A stretch of DNA of 63,825 nucleotides, counting the filler, from Intoshia linei (taxonomy: Eukaryota; Animalia; Orthonectida), in assembly GCA_001642005.1 (NCBI GenBank). It is 8 parts of 8 records of this genome, joined end to end, with 100 filler letters (N's around TTAATTAATTAA, not from the genome) between each part and the next. Parts side by side here need not be neighbours in the genome. Positions count along the whole stretch, not along the records: positions 13,951 to 36,676 come from LWCA01000582.1; positions 36,777 to 42,965 come from LWCA01001703.1; positions 43,066 to 50,395 come from LWCA01001566.1; 5 more parts are not named here. One strand, 5' to 3'. Below the pieces are notes generated by a model, which did no database searches, was not told the DNA's origin, and worked only from the letters and a program-made list of their open reading frames with translations. Both the position numbers and the translations under genes were made by a program. Shown in pieces: positions 31,101 through 44,500 of this stretch (within the stretch, counting starts at the first letter, position 1; each line of letters starts with the position of its first letter).

Positions 31101-32096
31101 CAGGTGTAGACAATTTCTAGCCCAAAGAATAATTGGTGGCCTTATGACCGTGGAGAGCCAGCAGTAGGTCCAGGCCAGATGAAAATTGTAGGCCCCTAAA
31201 AAATAACCGTTGGAAATCCCATTGGTGATCATTAATATAAAAATAGTAAATATGTAAAATGTTAATATACACTACGTAATTATTTATTATATAGTACTAG
31301 GTTGACTGTTATCTACTACGTACAAAACAGGACCTAGCTCTGCCGAGGGCACATTTTTATTATACTTAAAAAATAAATTCACGTTGAAAATCTAATTTAA
31401 AAATCCTACTATTCACTATTATCAACTCTTTAAAAGAGTGGTTCCCAAATTTGGGTCAGGTGGACCCATCATATCACATTACTTTTTACTTTATCTTAAT
31501 TTTTTGTTTGTTAACATTTGCGTAAAGAATTTTAAAAACAATTGTTATCCCATTTTTTTAATTTATTAGACGAATGTGTATATAATATTAAAAACAGTCC
31601 AATCCTAAAAATTGTCATAAATAACGGGTTCTTATTTAAATAAAGCTAAACACACATACACACACTATAATTATAATTATATAAGCTATTTACATGGAAT
31701 TAACTTTAATGTTAATGAAACATTTTATTATACTATAAAGTTCCAACATTACTTATTAATAAATTTAAAAAGAAGGCCCCTCTATGATTGTAGGCCCGGG
31801 CCATATGGCCCCTAGCCCCCTCTCCACGGTCCTGGATGGTCCTTTGAGTAAATATGTAAATTAGTTATTTTTAAATTTTTATACTTTTAAACACTTTTCT
31901 ACAATAATTGGCTCATTATAATCATTTTAGCTCTGAATTTTCACATCGTCTTGGATATTATTTCGTTGAATATAATATAACCGTTTCTCTTCAGTTAAAA
32001 TTGAAATTTATTATGTTTAAATTTTCAAAAACGGGGTCCGTAGAATTTTTTGATAAAAAAAGTGGCCCACGACTGGCAAAAGGTAGCCGACCCCTG
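31101..32096. mobile_element. hAT-Charlie element with nested insertions
   Basis: Perfect TSD ttgtaaag; ends CAGGTGTAGACA / AGCCGACCCCTG; nested GACCGTGGAGAG-TIR element at 31143-31834 and Helitron terminus at 31297-31360. Confidence 0.8.
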
Positions 32097-32976
32097 TTGT
32101 AAAGAAATGTTGAATTCTTTATTGGTATACTATCTGATATAACGATACTTTCAGACAAAACGTGTTGATTTTATTTATTTTAATGATTTTCTAATGAATA
32201 TCACATGATATTTTTAAATGCATGATGTCAAGTCCAATTTTTTTCCAAATTCCACCAGTTCACTAACGTTGAATCTAGAATCTAGTATACAATTCTATAA
32301 TTTATCAAAATAATTAAAATATCACTACTATAATAAATGTGATTTAATAATATTTTTTTGTCAATTATTAGTCAGTAAATAAAAAAGAAAGTTTAAATTT
32401 TGAATAAAAATGAAAATTAATAAATTAGTTTAGTTATTAATTGTATTATTGAAGATTTTTTTCTTATTCACAGAAAAATCTGAATCGCACACTAGCCGGG
32501 AATATCGCTCTGGCTGTAACGCATCGATTTATATTATATTTATACATTTATTAATATTTTATGATATATTAAATGAAAGGATCATTCTAAAATATAATCA
32601 AATTTATTTATAAATATAACATTAATCTAATATAATTAAATGTTGGTACTGCATTTTTTAAATAACCTTTTATTAACATTATATTTAAATCGTGACACAA
32701 ATTTGCAATAAATCTGCTTAAAATTAGAAACTTATTAAAAAATAAATTGAAAAATTAATTCTCACAACTTTGAACCGTAATTTAATATATATTGTATACC
32801 AACCTAAAAATAAAACTAAAAAATATTTATAGATTAAAAATTATTAAAACGTTAAACTTTCATTTTGAAAGAAACTATTGAAATTTTGCATCTATTTACT
32901 CTAATTTATTTCATTGACATTTTATTTATCCAGCTGTAGGATTTAAATAAAATTTATTTTGCTATTATTTGACATT

Positions 32977-35900
32977 ATGACGGTTAATAAACTCGAAATA
33001 ACCGTTCACAGTGCCAATAATGTTATTAATGTTGAAAAATACAGTGAATCTGATCCTTTCGTTAAGATCAAGTTTAGAGGTATTATTTACTATTTACGTA
33101 CATATTTTGTCAAGGTAAAAAGAAGGAAACCAAACATATAGACGATAACCTCAACCCAACATGGGACGAAGTAGATTTAATAATATGTTTATATTTTTGT
33201 TTATCTCTAGAATATATATTTTGACCTTGAAAAGCCATTGGAAGAGGATGAAGAAATTGAAATAAAAATATATGACTATGAAACAGTCGGTATCAACAAG
33301 TAGTATTTATAAAGTGAACAATTAAATATGTTTTTAGAGAACTTGGAAGATCTTCTCTAAAATTGAGAGAATTTATTAATTTGAATAACCCCATTCGAAA
33401 AACTTTGAACATGTATACGACAAAGAATAAACCATTAGATGTAAACTACATTTATATTTATATTTCAAACTACAAAATAAAATTTGGTAAAATGGGTGAC
33501 CATTATAATATATTTTATTTAGACGACATTGGACCTAACCATTTTTTACAATACGAGTTATACTATATTCATTGATTATTAAAATATTTTAGAAGGTAAA
33601 ATGTCAAAAACAAGCGAAGATCCACCTCTCGAAGAGGTAGAAATTGAGGATAACACAAAAGAAATTGTAACTGTCGAAAATGGAATTCCAATAAAAAAAC
33701 CAAAAAAAGAAAAAATCATTACAAACAATAATAGAGAAAAGTTTTCAAATGGCGCTCAAGATTTTCAAGTAAAAAATTGCAATTGTCAATAATTAAATTG
33801 TAAATTTAGATAAAAATTAAAATAATTGAAGCTAAAAATTTATTTGGAAGTAATATTTCGCCATTAACTGTTGTTACGTATGCAAATATGCATAAACGCA
33901 CAAAAATTATTAAATCTAATAATAACCCAAAATGGAATGAAATAATATATTTCAATGTAAATAAAAAAGCGACGGATTTGTTTGATGATGTATTGAAAAT
34001 AAAAGTAAAATATTTTTATTAACTATAATTTTAACATTTTTAGGTTGTCAATTCCAAAAAATTTCGAAAAAATTCTGTGATTGGAGAGTTTAAAGTAAAT
34101 ATTATTTGAAGTATTTTAAGCATATTTTAAAATGATAAACCCACCAATTGTGCAGCATTTTTTAGTTTTGTATATTTTAAAATAACTTAGTGCGATATTG
34201 GAAGAATAGTCGATCAGGATTCAATGTGTTTCATCAACAAATGGATTGCTTTAGTTGACCCTGAAATGTCTCAATCGTCTTCAAAAGGGTACTTGAAAAT
34301 ATGTTCGGCAGTAATTTCATCCAAATTTTCTGCACCCGTAATTAATAAATTATTTTATTAATAAGTTATTATTGATCAATATAAACTAATTTCAGAAATT
34401 TCCGGAATCCAATATGAATGATGATGTCGAAAAGTATATACTTAATTTTTACATTTGGTAAAATAATAATTTAGCAATCTTTTAATACCGACCGGTGTTG
34501 TTTTTGAAACAATTTCACTAAGTATACGAATATTTGATGCCGAAGATTTGCCGACAAGTTAGCAATATTATTAATACACATTTTTATTGACCATTATAGT
34601 GGATTCATCCATAATGGGTAGCATAAAAAAAACTATACTTGGTAAAGAAACAAAACCTTTTTGCGATCCATTTTTATTGTGTTCATTCGGAGGTTTTGCG
34701 GTATTTTATTTTTATTGACATAAAAAATTGTTTAAAAGTTAAATGTTTGCAAATTATTTTATATAATAGAAAAAAACACCAATATTTTACAATACATATA
34801 ATCCAAGTTGGAATTGTCAAATAAATTTTTCTATCAAGGTAAACATAATAACATGCTGATTCAAATATTAACATAAATATATAATAGTTTCCTTCAATGT
34901 GCGATTTCTTAAAAATTCAATTATATGATTGGTAATTACAAAATCTATGTAAATTAAACATATTTAGGGATCAAATAGGCAAAAATGACTTAATAGCAAC
35001 GTCAATGTTACGTTTATCTGATTTATCTGACTTGGGAGATGAGGGTATACTCAACAACTCCTTTTAATAAATAATATTAGAAAATGAAGGATATCCACCT
35101 ACATTTGGGCCAGCATTTGTAAACTTTTACGGTGGTCCTCGTAAATTTAATATTTCATCTGATGATTACGACGATATGAATAATGCAATTGTACATATTA
35201 TAAATATTATAATATTAAATTTTGAATTTAGACGGAGGGGTGTGGATATAGAGGTAGGGTATTTATGGAAATTCAAACAAATATAAATGAAAATTCAATA
35301 ACCGAAGTTCCTCCGGAAGACGTGAATATTAATCATGTAAATTCTAAATAATATTAATTTCTATTTTACTTTTTATTGTAATTTCATTCAGAAATACAAA
35401 TCTAAATCAGAGTTTGTTCTTAATGCTGTTCTTTTTAATGCATCTTTACTGAAAAAAATAGGAGAACCCATAACAGTTGAAATCAGCATAGGTATTTTTC
35501 AAAATATGTCACTAACATTTTTGTAGGGAACTATGGAAATTCGTTGGATCCTCTAGTTTTACCTAGTAATTCCACATCACAACCTATGGGAACAATATAT
35601 GATGGATCTAAATATTATTTCTTGCCATGGGAAAATGAAAACCCTATTTTTAGAATTATTTGTGAATGGGAAGACGTTGTACATCGATTGTATACTATTA
35701 ACTTCTTTTTGAAAGCATCTATAATAATTGAAGAAAAATTATCAATTTTAAATAAGGAACTTAAAAAACTTAAAATATCTCGCATTAATCGTAGGCAAAG
35801 TTATACTGAGCATTCCAACAGTGTGTGTCTATTAATTGCTGATTTGGCCGAATTAGTTATTTCTATTTTTAATGAAAAATTACCGACATGTGGAGAAAAT

Positions 35901-36462
35901 GGTCATACAACCCTAAACAATCTTGACCAAGTTTTGTATCAAAAAAGATGCTTTGAAATGAAACATATTGTGTACCAAGCTAATGAAATATTAAAGAAAA
36001 CTACCAAAATCACTAAAGATGAAGACTTGACTTGGTTAATAAAAGAATTAAAAAGCATAAATACTAAAATAATTTACTTAACTCAAGATGTATTTTAAAT
36101 ACTTTGTAATATTTTCATCAAAAATGTAGCCTCAAAACCAAATACCCGATATTATATTTTGGATTATAGCTGGAAAAGAAAGAATTTCGTATGCTCGATT
36201 CCCAGCTCACAGTTTTATTTACCATCAAAATGAAATATTCCGTGGTTCAAACTGTGGAATAGTAAAAACAATATTACTAAAAGTAAAAAATATATTTTAA
36301 AAAATATTTAAATATTTAGAAACCAATTAAAAACACGTCAAGTATTACAAGACATATCACTGGAATTCTACGATGTCAAATGTGGTTTGGACTAGTAAAT
36401 CAAGAAAATAATTGGATAGATGTATTGGCCAAACAAGGATCTGTTACTGTAACTGCTGAAAC
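32977..36462 (+). CDS. Ferlin (dysferlin/myoferlin type), 5' part, truncated by contig end
   Basis: C2A (ESDPFVKIKF, NLNPTWDE), C2B, FerI (KGYLKIC...DDVENNL), C2C (IFDAEDLPTMD, YPPTFGPAFVNFYGGPR), EGCGYRGRV, VEISIGNYGN, YDGSKYYFLPW, FerA, FerB (PQNQIPDIIFWII); about 20 tiny GT-AG introns. Confidence 0.92.
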
Positions 36463-36676
36463 TGTAATTAATTTAATTAATTTTTATGAATCAAGTATAA
36501 TTCTAAGTGTTGTGGATAAAATAGAATACAGTATAACTCCGTTTTGGGCACCTTTTTTGAAAAGTGCTCCACAAACTAAGGGTAATGATAATATTCTATT
36601 ATGTATTAAATTAATTGAACTATGATAGTATTTAATCATAGTAAGAAAATTGATAAAGATTCGTTGATGGGGTATA

Positions 36677-36776
36677 NNNNNNNNNNNNNNNNNNNNNNNN
36701 NNNNNNNNNNNNNNNNNNNNTTAATTAATTAANNNNNNNNNNNNNNNNNNNNNNNNNNNNNNNNNNNNNNNNNNNN
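36677..36776. other. Artificial contig spacer
   Basis: 44 N + TTAATTAATTAA + 44 N. Confidence 0.98.
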
Positions 36777-36829
36777 TATGTGGGACGCGTACATTCAGTG
36801 CCGAATCTACTGTACTCGAGAACAGGAAA

Positions 36830-37078
36830 GTGAACAGGTGGCCCATATAGCCCGGGTATACAATCATGAGGGGTCCAATATTTAAATTTATTAATTGGTA
36901 ATTGGAAAATTTCTTAAGTATGACCATTGCGATTTGCAACTGTTATTTTTAATTTGTAAACAATGTTAAATTTTGCTATTATTAAATTAAATTTCAATAC
37001 CAATTTTAAAAATCTAATCTTTATAGGGCATACGATTTTCATTTGACCCAGGCCTACTGCTCACTCTCCACGACCCTA
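36830..37078. mobile_element. hAT-like MITE of the CAGGGCCGTGGAGAG family
   Basis: End CTCTCCACGACCCTA and internal GGCCCATATAGCCCGGG shared with 31143-31834 and 56889-57134; a related end at 47770. Confidence 0.55.
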
Positions 37079-37612
37079 CCCGAGGCCCCTCTTCGAGCTT
37101 CTCATTGTATTGAAATTAGGGGTTGAATTTAGGTTATTGACATTGTATGAAAATTTAAAATAGGGTTCTTTTCAAATTGGACTTGAAAATTAGGGTCTTG
37201 AATATCATATTTATTTCGTGTAATAAATTTTAAGCGTCTAGTCAAGATCCTTGGAGAGGTTTCTAGGGGTATATGACACAACAATTGTTAATTTACAAAT
37301 CTCTTATTGCCCCATTTTTACTTTTGCTGGTTCCCTCGAGCTTTGTAGGTTTAGCTCAACATACATTGCAAGTTAGTATTATAAATTTTTTTAACCATTC
37401 ATTTATGATTATATATTTTTAGATAAAAATGTAAATGTATACAAAAGAAATTCAGAAAATTCGATTTAATAGGTAATGTCATAAATTAATATATGTTGCC
37501 TAGTAATGTTACTTAAATTTTCCGCGATAAATTTGATAATTAATTATCGCTCCGCCGTAAAAAAAGTGTGGGACCCTCTGCTATAGAAAATTGTAGCATG
37601 TAAAATATTATT

Positions 37613-38272
37613 TACAATTTTTATTTTAATCGAAATATTTGAAAAATATTGGTTGATAATATATTCAAAATTATTTTTCACCTGGAATGCGTAGATTTCT
37701 CGGGTTGAACTTTTGTATATATATCAACTGGAATAAGCTCTATCAGAATAATCTTTTAGTTTAATTTTCCGACCGTTAATTATTTCACATTTTTTGTTTT
37801 AATAAAATATTTCGAAAAAAAAAATATGAATACTAAAATGCTTTTTTGACCGTGAAGTTGTCACTTATTCGGATTGAAATTTTCTGTGTGTGTTAACAGG
37901 ATAAAATGTACAACCTTTAAATTTTTTTAATTTTCGTTTTCATTAAACAAGAAGGGTAATTTAGGGTTTTGGCCCTGAAGATATAATTTTTTTAAATTTA
38001 AATTTATGATAATGTTTATGATTTTAAAATCCGTATTAGTGTATATATTTTTTTAAATTCTTCAAATTGTTTGACTTTCAAAAAGAGGGACAAATGGGGT
38101 TTTTGACCCGTAAGATGTCAGTTATGGAGGTTGAAATTATGTTTGCGCACACTCCCGGAAAAAACTGTATTTGAAATCTGGACTTTATAAAATTCTAAGA
38201 CGGGTAGTTATTTCAATAAAGTAGGACACACAAACAAACAAAAATAGCGTAGCATATTATATAAGTTTGGAT
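37613..38272 (-). mobile_element. Helitron-like repeat copy carrying the opposite (ACAA-microsatellite) end
   Basis: High similarity to 2213-2670; ends GGACACACAAACAAACAAAAATAGCGTAGCATATTATATAAG. Confidence 0.7.
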
Positions 38273-39752
38273 AGAATTTTTGCATAAATATTGTATTTCA
38301 TAATATTTCAAAAAGATTGAATTTTAAATTAAAAAAATATATACAAAAGTTAATTGATATTGAAATTTGACTGCACAATTAACATAACAATTCGCAATGT
38401 GCATTTCTAAAGATTATATTTATTACAATACCTAAATACAAACGAAATTTAAATTAACATTTAATTAATCATGTAATCATGTAAATAAAAATAAAATGTA
38501 TATAATTGAGTCATTTAATATGCACCATGTACCATGCCTTAATGGTTCCCGCAATGATTGAAACGTCATCACAGTTGATGACAGATTATCAAAAGTTGAT
38601 GTGAAATGTATAATTATTTTTAAAATTCACTGATCCAGCACAACCAGTTCATACCTCCATAATTGAGTATTTATATTAAAAAATGAAATTATTTAACACA
38701 AAATAATTGATTTAAAATTTTTTTAATATTACAGACTGTTAACTCAATATTCCATTATTTATCAGCTAATTTTGATGTATAAATCAATTTAAGTAAAAAT
38801 TTAATTGTACATTAAATTATCTAATAATACATTTATAAACTCGATTAATCAGTTAATCAATTATATTTTGTTGTATTTCTAACATTTTAATGTTACTTCG
38901 ATAATTATTGTATATTGAATTCTGAGTATGAAGTAATGGACAGAAAAAAAATGCGTAATGCAAATCTCTAAATATTTCACAAAAGGCATATTGTAATATC
39001 CATGACCTATTGTTTTAATTTGTTTTTGTTCATTTAAATTTACAACAAAACTGTTTTTTAATACAATTTTAACGAGAAATTTGGACTAAAAAAATGGGCA
39101 TTATATTTACGATACGTCATTAATTAGTAATACATTTTTGTGTAATTCTGTTTTTGAGTGATTCCTAGTGTGATAGAACCAAAAAAGTATAGTTTACAAT
39201 GTGCATTGTTTAACCGCTACATTGATTTATCCGTGTACATAAACATGTATTATGTAAACCTTATATATAATTTAAATGATTTATATTAACATTAATCATT
39301 AGATAGGTTACAATTAATTGTAATTGCACTGTTTATCGTATTACTTTTAATTCGTGTATTCAGATTCATGCAGAACTTGTAAAATTAAAAAATGACCAAA
39401 ATATCATTTTGTAACGTGTATATTTTATGTTGAGAGCCTTCTATAAGTCTCTTCAAAAATATGTGAAACGTTTATTAAATATATAATTCATATTAAACGT
39501 AAGTTTAAATTAATAAATTCTCAATATATTAATGCAAACATAATCATATAAAAAAGAAGCAGCTGTCAAATTCAATTAATCAAATATATTAACTATTAAA
39601 ATGTGACACGATATACTCATTGATCTGAGTGAATACCAACATGTAAATAAATGCCAAATAAATTAATTACATTTCAGTTACATATAAAACATTATTAAAA
39701 ACATGAGTATTTTACAAATAAAAACTGTAGACTAAAATATACATAAAATTAC

Positions 39753-40005
39753 TTAATTTATCGCTCCATGCACCGAAAAAGAGTCCATATATAATGGCAG
39801 GTATTGTCGTAACCAATCTGTAAAAAAGGATATTATGAGAAAGGTTTTCTTTATTGGTATTTGGAGATTTTTTGGCTATATCATATAATAATAATCTTAC
39901 AGAAGGATCAATTATAGAATTAGTAAGTTTAAAAAAGAAAAAAACAATGCTTGCTCCAAACTTTTGACCAATTAATTTACGAATTTTTTTTTTTAAATTA
40001 AACAT
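39753..40005 (-). CDS. SLC46 (PCFT-like) MFS transporter, first coding exon; no downstream exons recognised in this contig
   Basis: YRLVTTIPAIIYGLFFGAWSDK followed by a GT donor; matches the SLC46A1/A3 TM2 and GAWSD motif. Confidence 0.7.
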
Positions 40006-42074
40006 TTCTAAAATAAAAAGTAATTTACATATATACATATTAACGTTACCTTTAAAAATCAATCACCAATTTTAACATGTAAATAATATTGACATTGGTT
40101 TAAAATTAGCTTGAAAAATTGATATATTTTAGACAGGTAGAAAATATTATAAAGTGCATTTTTTGCATCAAAACAGTGCTAAAGAATATTTGATATAATG
40201 TCTTACATACAAATTAACAAATTGTACGATTGTGTTCAATTATAATGACATAGATATTTAAAATTTAACAATGCAGAAAGTCTTTAAAATAATATTTAAT
40301 AGACCACAAGCTCTAACCATATCTATTATGTGCATATGAAAAATGTGATGATTTCTAATTTTTCCAATATTATTAATGTTGTCACATTTATATCATTTTT
40401 GAGAATGTTAATATAGGAAGTGTACATTCCAGTTAATTATGTACAGTACAAATCTAATTAAATATATTGAATAATATCGCATTCAAATTATAATATTTTG
40501 AGGCACACGAGTTTGACTGCATTAAACCACAATCAATATCTTGACTCTTGTAGGTACACTATAGTCTCAAGCTAGATGAGTTTTACTGATAATGAATTGG
40601 AACATTTTGCTTCAATTACATTAAGCAGAATTATCAACATTGTATTATTATCAAATTGTATTTGAGTATAATAATATAAATTTGATCTAATCAAGTCAAA
40701 GTAAAATGTAGAATTAAAATGTAGATGTAGCAAGCTTAGTTGTATTAGGCGCAGTACTCAAATGTCGTTTAGTATATTTATTACATCATGAATACATGTT
40801 TTGAATTGCGGATTCAAAATTTAATAATTTAATAAATCTATTATTTAATAATATTTTGTATACATGTGTATATTACAAATTGAAATTTTATTCATCATGT
40901 TAATTTAATTTTATCAAATATCTGATATTTTAATGATGGAATAATAGGAATATATGAACTACATATTATGTAACATGGAATTAATAACATATACATAACA
41001 CTAAAAATAACAATTTTCTTAAAACCCAATGGTTATCATTTTTTAATTTTTCCAGGGTACTGTCAAGTTTATCCATTAGTTTTTCAGTTTCTAATACTTT
41101 AATAAAAGTTTTATAATATTTTTCAACTTTATATCCAAAATTGAAACATTTTTCCGATTCCATTATTGTTTAATCATAATTTTATTGTCTAATTTTTTTG
41201 GGATTAATTAATTAATTATATTGATTAATTCCAATGTATACTTGAATCTAGTGTACATTGTATGAGTCAAAATAATAGTGTTTCTCACTATGCATTTTTA
41301 TTAATACGTTTAAAATGTTGATGTATCGTTATTTTGAATAAACTGAATAGTATCGGTAAAAATTGTATATATAAAATTTTAATACATATATAACAATTAC
41401 TAATATATTACTTAATATGCATGGATATTTATAAATATAAAAATCATTCATGTTTAATGTGACATATATGAAATTCTATTTAATCATTGTTTTCTAAAAT
41501 AAAATACTCCATTAAATATAAAACTAACATTTTATTTTAATGCTACAAAGACTAATGGATAGTAAGATTGAACGAATAATATATTTTTATTTTTTTGAAT
41601 TGTTTTTATGTATATTTAATGAGGTAATTGATTTTATGTATACAATTGTTGAACTTTCAAATATCTGTGTAAAATTGTTTTTTTTTAAGAATAAAATGTT
41701 ATAAATGCAGTTTAGATAGAAACGGTGATGAGTAAAGAATTTTTCCTATCTCATTTTCAAAATAATGATCATTTAAATATTGAAAACGTATTGGGACATC
41801 ACAGTCAAAGGTTTATATATTTTGATTCGTTTATATCGGTTTCCAATAGATAATATGAAATAAATGTTTTTTCGGTTGATGCCCATTTTTTGAAAAAATG
41901 AAAACCATGGTTTCCTTAAATATAATATAATTGTTTTATTAATATTTAATATTTGTTTGATTCAATCCTGAAATGCTTGATGCCCTCGTTTTTTTAAAAT
42001 ATATTTTCAAAAATTGAAAGAAAATAATGTTTTTACTTTTTACTTACATTCAATTAATATTCACTATTTTAACT

Positions 42075-42960
42075 TATACAATATACTACGCGATTTTTGT
42101 TTGTGTGTGTCCAGCTTTATTTAAATAACTACCCGTCTTAGAATTTTATAAAGTCCAGATTTCAAATACAGTTTTTTCCGGGGGTGTTTGCAAAATATAT
42201 TTAAACTCCCAAACTTACATCTTACAAGTCAAAAACCCCAATTGTCCTTTTTTTTAAAAATCAAATAAGTTGCAGAATTTAAAAAAATATATACGCTGAT
42301 AGGGATTTTAAAATCATAAACATTACTATAAATTTAAATTAATTGTATCTTCAAGGCTAAAACTCCAAATTACCCTTTTTTTTTAATGAAAACAGCCCTA
42401 GAATTTCAATTTACAGGTGGTACAGTTGTATCCTGTTCAAACACATTAACAATTTCAATCTGATTAAGTGACAATTTCACGGTCAAAAAAGCATTTTAGT
42501 ATTTATATATTTTTTTTCGAAATATCATATTAAAACAAAAAATATGAAATAATTAACGGTGCGAAAATTAAAAAAAAGAAGATTATTCTGATAGAGCTTA
42601 TTCCAAAATATAATATATAACATGTAAAAATATATATAAATATAACTTAACAATTGATATAACTACAAAAGTTCAACCTGAGAAATCTACGCATTCTCGA
42701 TGAAAAATAATTTTTAATATATTATCAACCAATATTTTTTAAATATTTCGATTAAAATAAAAATTGAAAATGTAAATTTGATCCTACAATTTTAAAAATA
42801 AAGTGCAGTGAATGTCTACACATTTCCAATAAAGAAATATGGGTAAAAATTTATATAATTCATTCCTTGGTAATTTTTTTTATTGCTACGCAATTTTTAA
42901 GTTTAAAATTGTCATTTTCAAAACATTTTGAATAAAATTTAAATAGAAACTAAACAACGA
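42075..42960 (+). mobile_element. Helitron-like repeat copy in reverse orientation
   Basis: Reverse complement of 37613-38260 and 2100-2670. Confidence 0.7.
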
Positions 42961-42965
42961 AACTA

Positions 42966-43065
42966 NNNNNNNNNNNNNNNNNNNNNNNNNNNNNNNNNNN
43001 NNNNNNNNNTTAATTAATTAANNNNNNNNNNNNNNNNNNNNNNNNNNNNNNNNNNNNNNNNNNNN
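42966..43065. other. Artificial contig spacer
   Basis: 44 N + TTAATTAATTAA + 44 N. Confidence 0.98.
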
Positions 43066-43503
43066 TCCTGATTCGCCGTGAAGTTTATATGCTTTTATTC
43101 TGTTTTTGAATCTTTGTAATCACCCATTTGAAAATTCACAGTTCTTCCTTTCATTAGATAGATCACTCTTGGATATTGATTTTGCTTTGACAATTAATGT
43201 CTCTTCGGTAATTGAGTTATCGTGGCTTCTTTGTTCAGCAAACCAATTATATAATTGTTTTTCTACGTTTTCACATTGTAGTTTTCTCATTTGCTTAAAT
43301 TTTCCAATTATTTCAGGAACATTTGCTTGTACAAAATAATCAATTATATTGGATTGATTTCTTTTAATATTATAAATCGTATGGATGGACTTATTTAACT
43401 TTGTTGCACTTTTTTTAACAGATATACCTTCCTTTATCATTTTAATTATATCCAATTTTTCAGTTAGTGAAATATTTTTTTTCATTTTTAAATATTTTTT
43501 CAA
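43066..43503 (-). mobile_element. pogo/Tigger transposase N-terminus (psq HTH + CENP-B HTH), pseudogenised
   Basis: ISLTEKLDIIK, VEKQLYNWFAEQR...LIVKAK, FSNG*LQRFKNR...LHGESG. Confidence 0.88.
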
Positions 43504-43669
43504 AACACTTTCAAATTTAAATGTTCAAACTGTAATGTAAACAATGTAAATATAATAATATTTTTTTTATTTTATTTGTCTAATATTAAATCGTCAATAG
43601 TAATAATTCACGAATTTTTGTCGACTATTGATATTCAAATTGAAAATTGTCTCATAACGAATTATTTAC

Positions 43670-43830
43670 TAACGAAAGTTGACAATATTTCTTAATCTTT
43701 TAAACCTTGTTTGACATTTCCTGTCATTTAAAACATCCTTACCATACACAGCACATATATTTTTAATGGCTACCACTGCACTAAGGTCCTTAAAGTACTC
43801 ATACAGTAAAATATGACTTAAATGTCCATC
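43670..43830 (-). mobile_element. mariner transposase N-terminal HTH fragment
   Basis: HLSHILLYEYFK...AIKNICAVYGKDVLNDRKCQTRFKRLRN resembles the Mos1-type HTH. Confidence 0.75.
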
Positions 43831-44094
43831 AAAATCATTAAAATATTTCGTCTAAATACCCATTGAATAAATGTAGATTTAAATAAGTTACGTTCTCATC
43901 TGATGTGGTCGTACACATGATTGTTAAAAAATATTTTATATTTGAAAATATATGAAATCTTATCGGTGATTTTCTAATAAAAACGACATAACTTTGTGAA
44001 TGACCTAATAATTCCTTATATACGTTTAACTATGATACTGCTTCCCTTCTCTTTGCACAATAATTCCATTACCAGTTATTCTCAACTATATCAT

Positions 44095-44500
44095 TTACAT
44101 TGTAAATTTTACAACATTGAAATTATCAATATAATATATACTAGCTTTAAACCAGATACCCCATCGAGTAATAATGGCTCGAGGTGGATATCCAATATTA
44201 TGGAATAACCCTCGAATGTCTTTATTTTTGAGAGTTAAAAATTTTATTGTTGATATTAATTGATTGACATTTGCATAGTTTTGCATCAGTCGCATGCAAT
44301 AATTGTAAATCACATGGCTTGTGAAGGTAACGTGAAAAAGAATGGGATAAATCATTTTGTTTTATTCGTTTGTTAAAAAAGAAAAGTTGTCGTACCGCTT
44401 CGGTACTGTTGAATTTAACATTTAACAATTTATCATGTCTGTTTTGCCCTGTACATCGACAGTTGTGAAGTACAAAGGCTCCGTTCCATAATTCTAAGGA
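44095..44500 (-). mobile_element. hAT-related (DUF659-type) transposase remnant
   Basis: YPILFHVTFTSH (degenerate CxxH)...NVNQLISTIK...PPRAIITRWGIWFKASIYYIDNF matches the PPEPVxTRWGTWLxAAxYY motif. Confidence 0.75.

Noticed and set aside
29901-32102. ORFs 29901-30083 and 31908-32102 as genes
   Set aside because: They lie inside non-autonomous hAT elements, start at non-ATG codons and show no recognisable domain.
32490-32520. Small GC hairpin upstream of ferlin
   Set aside because: Short imperfect stem with no other support.
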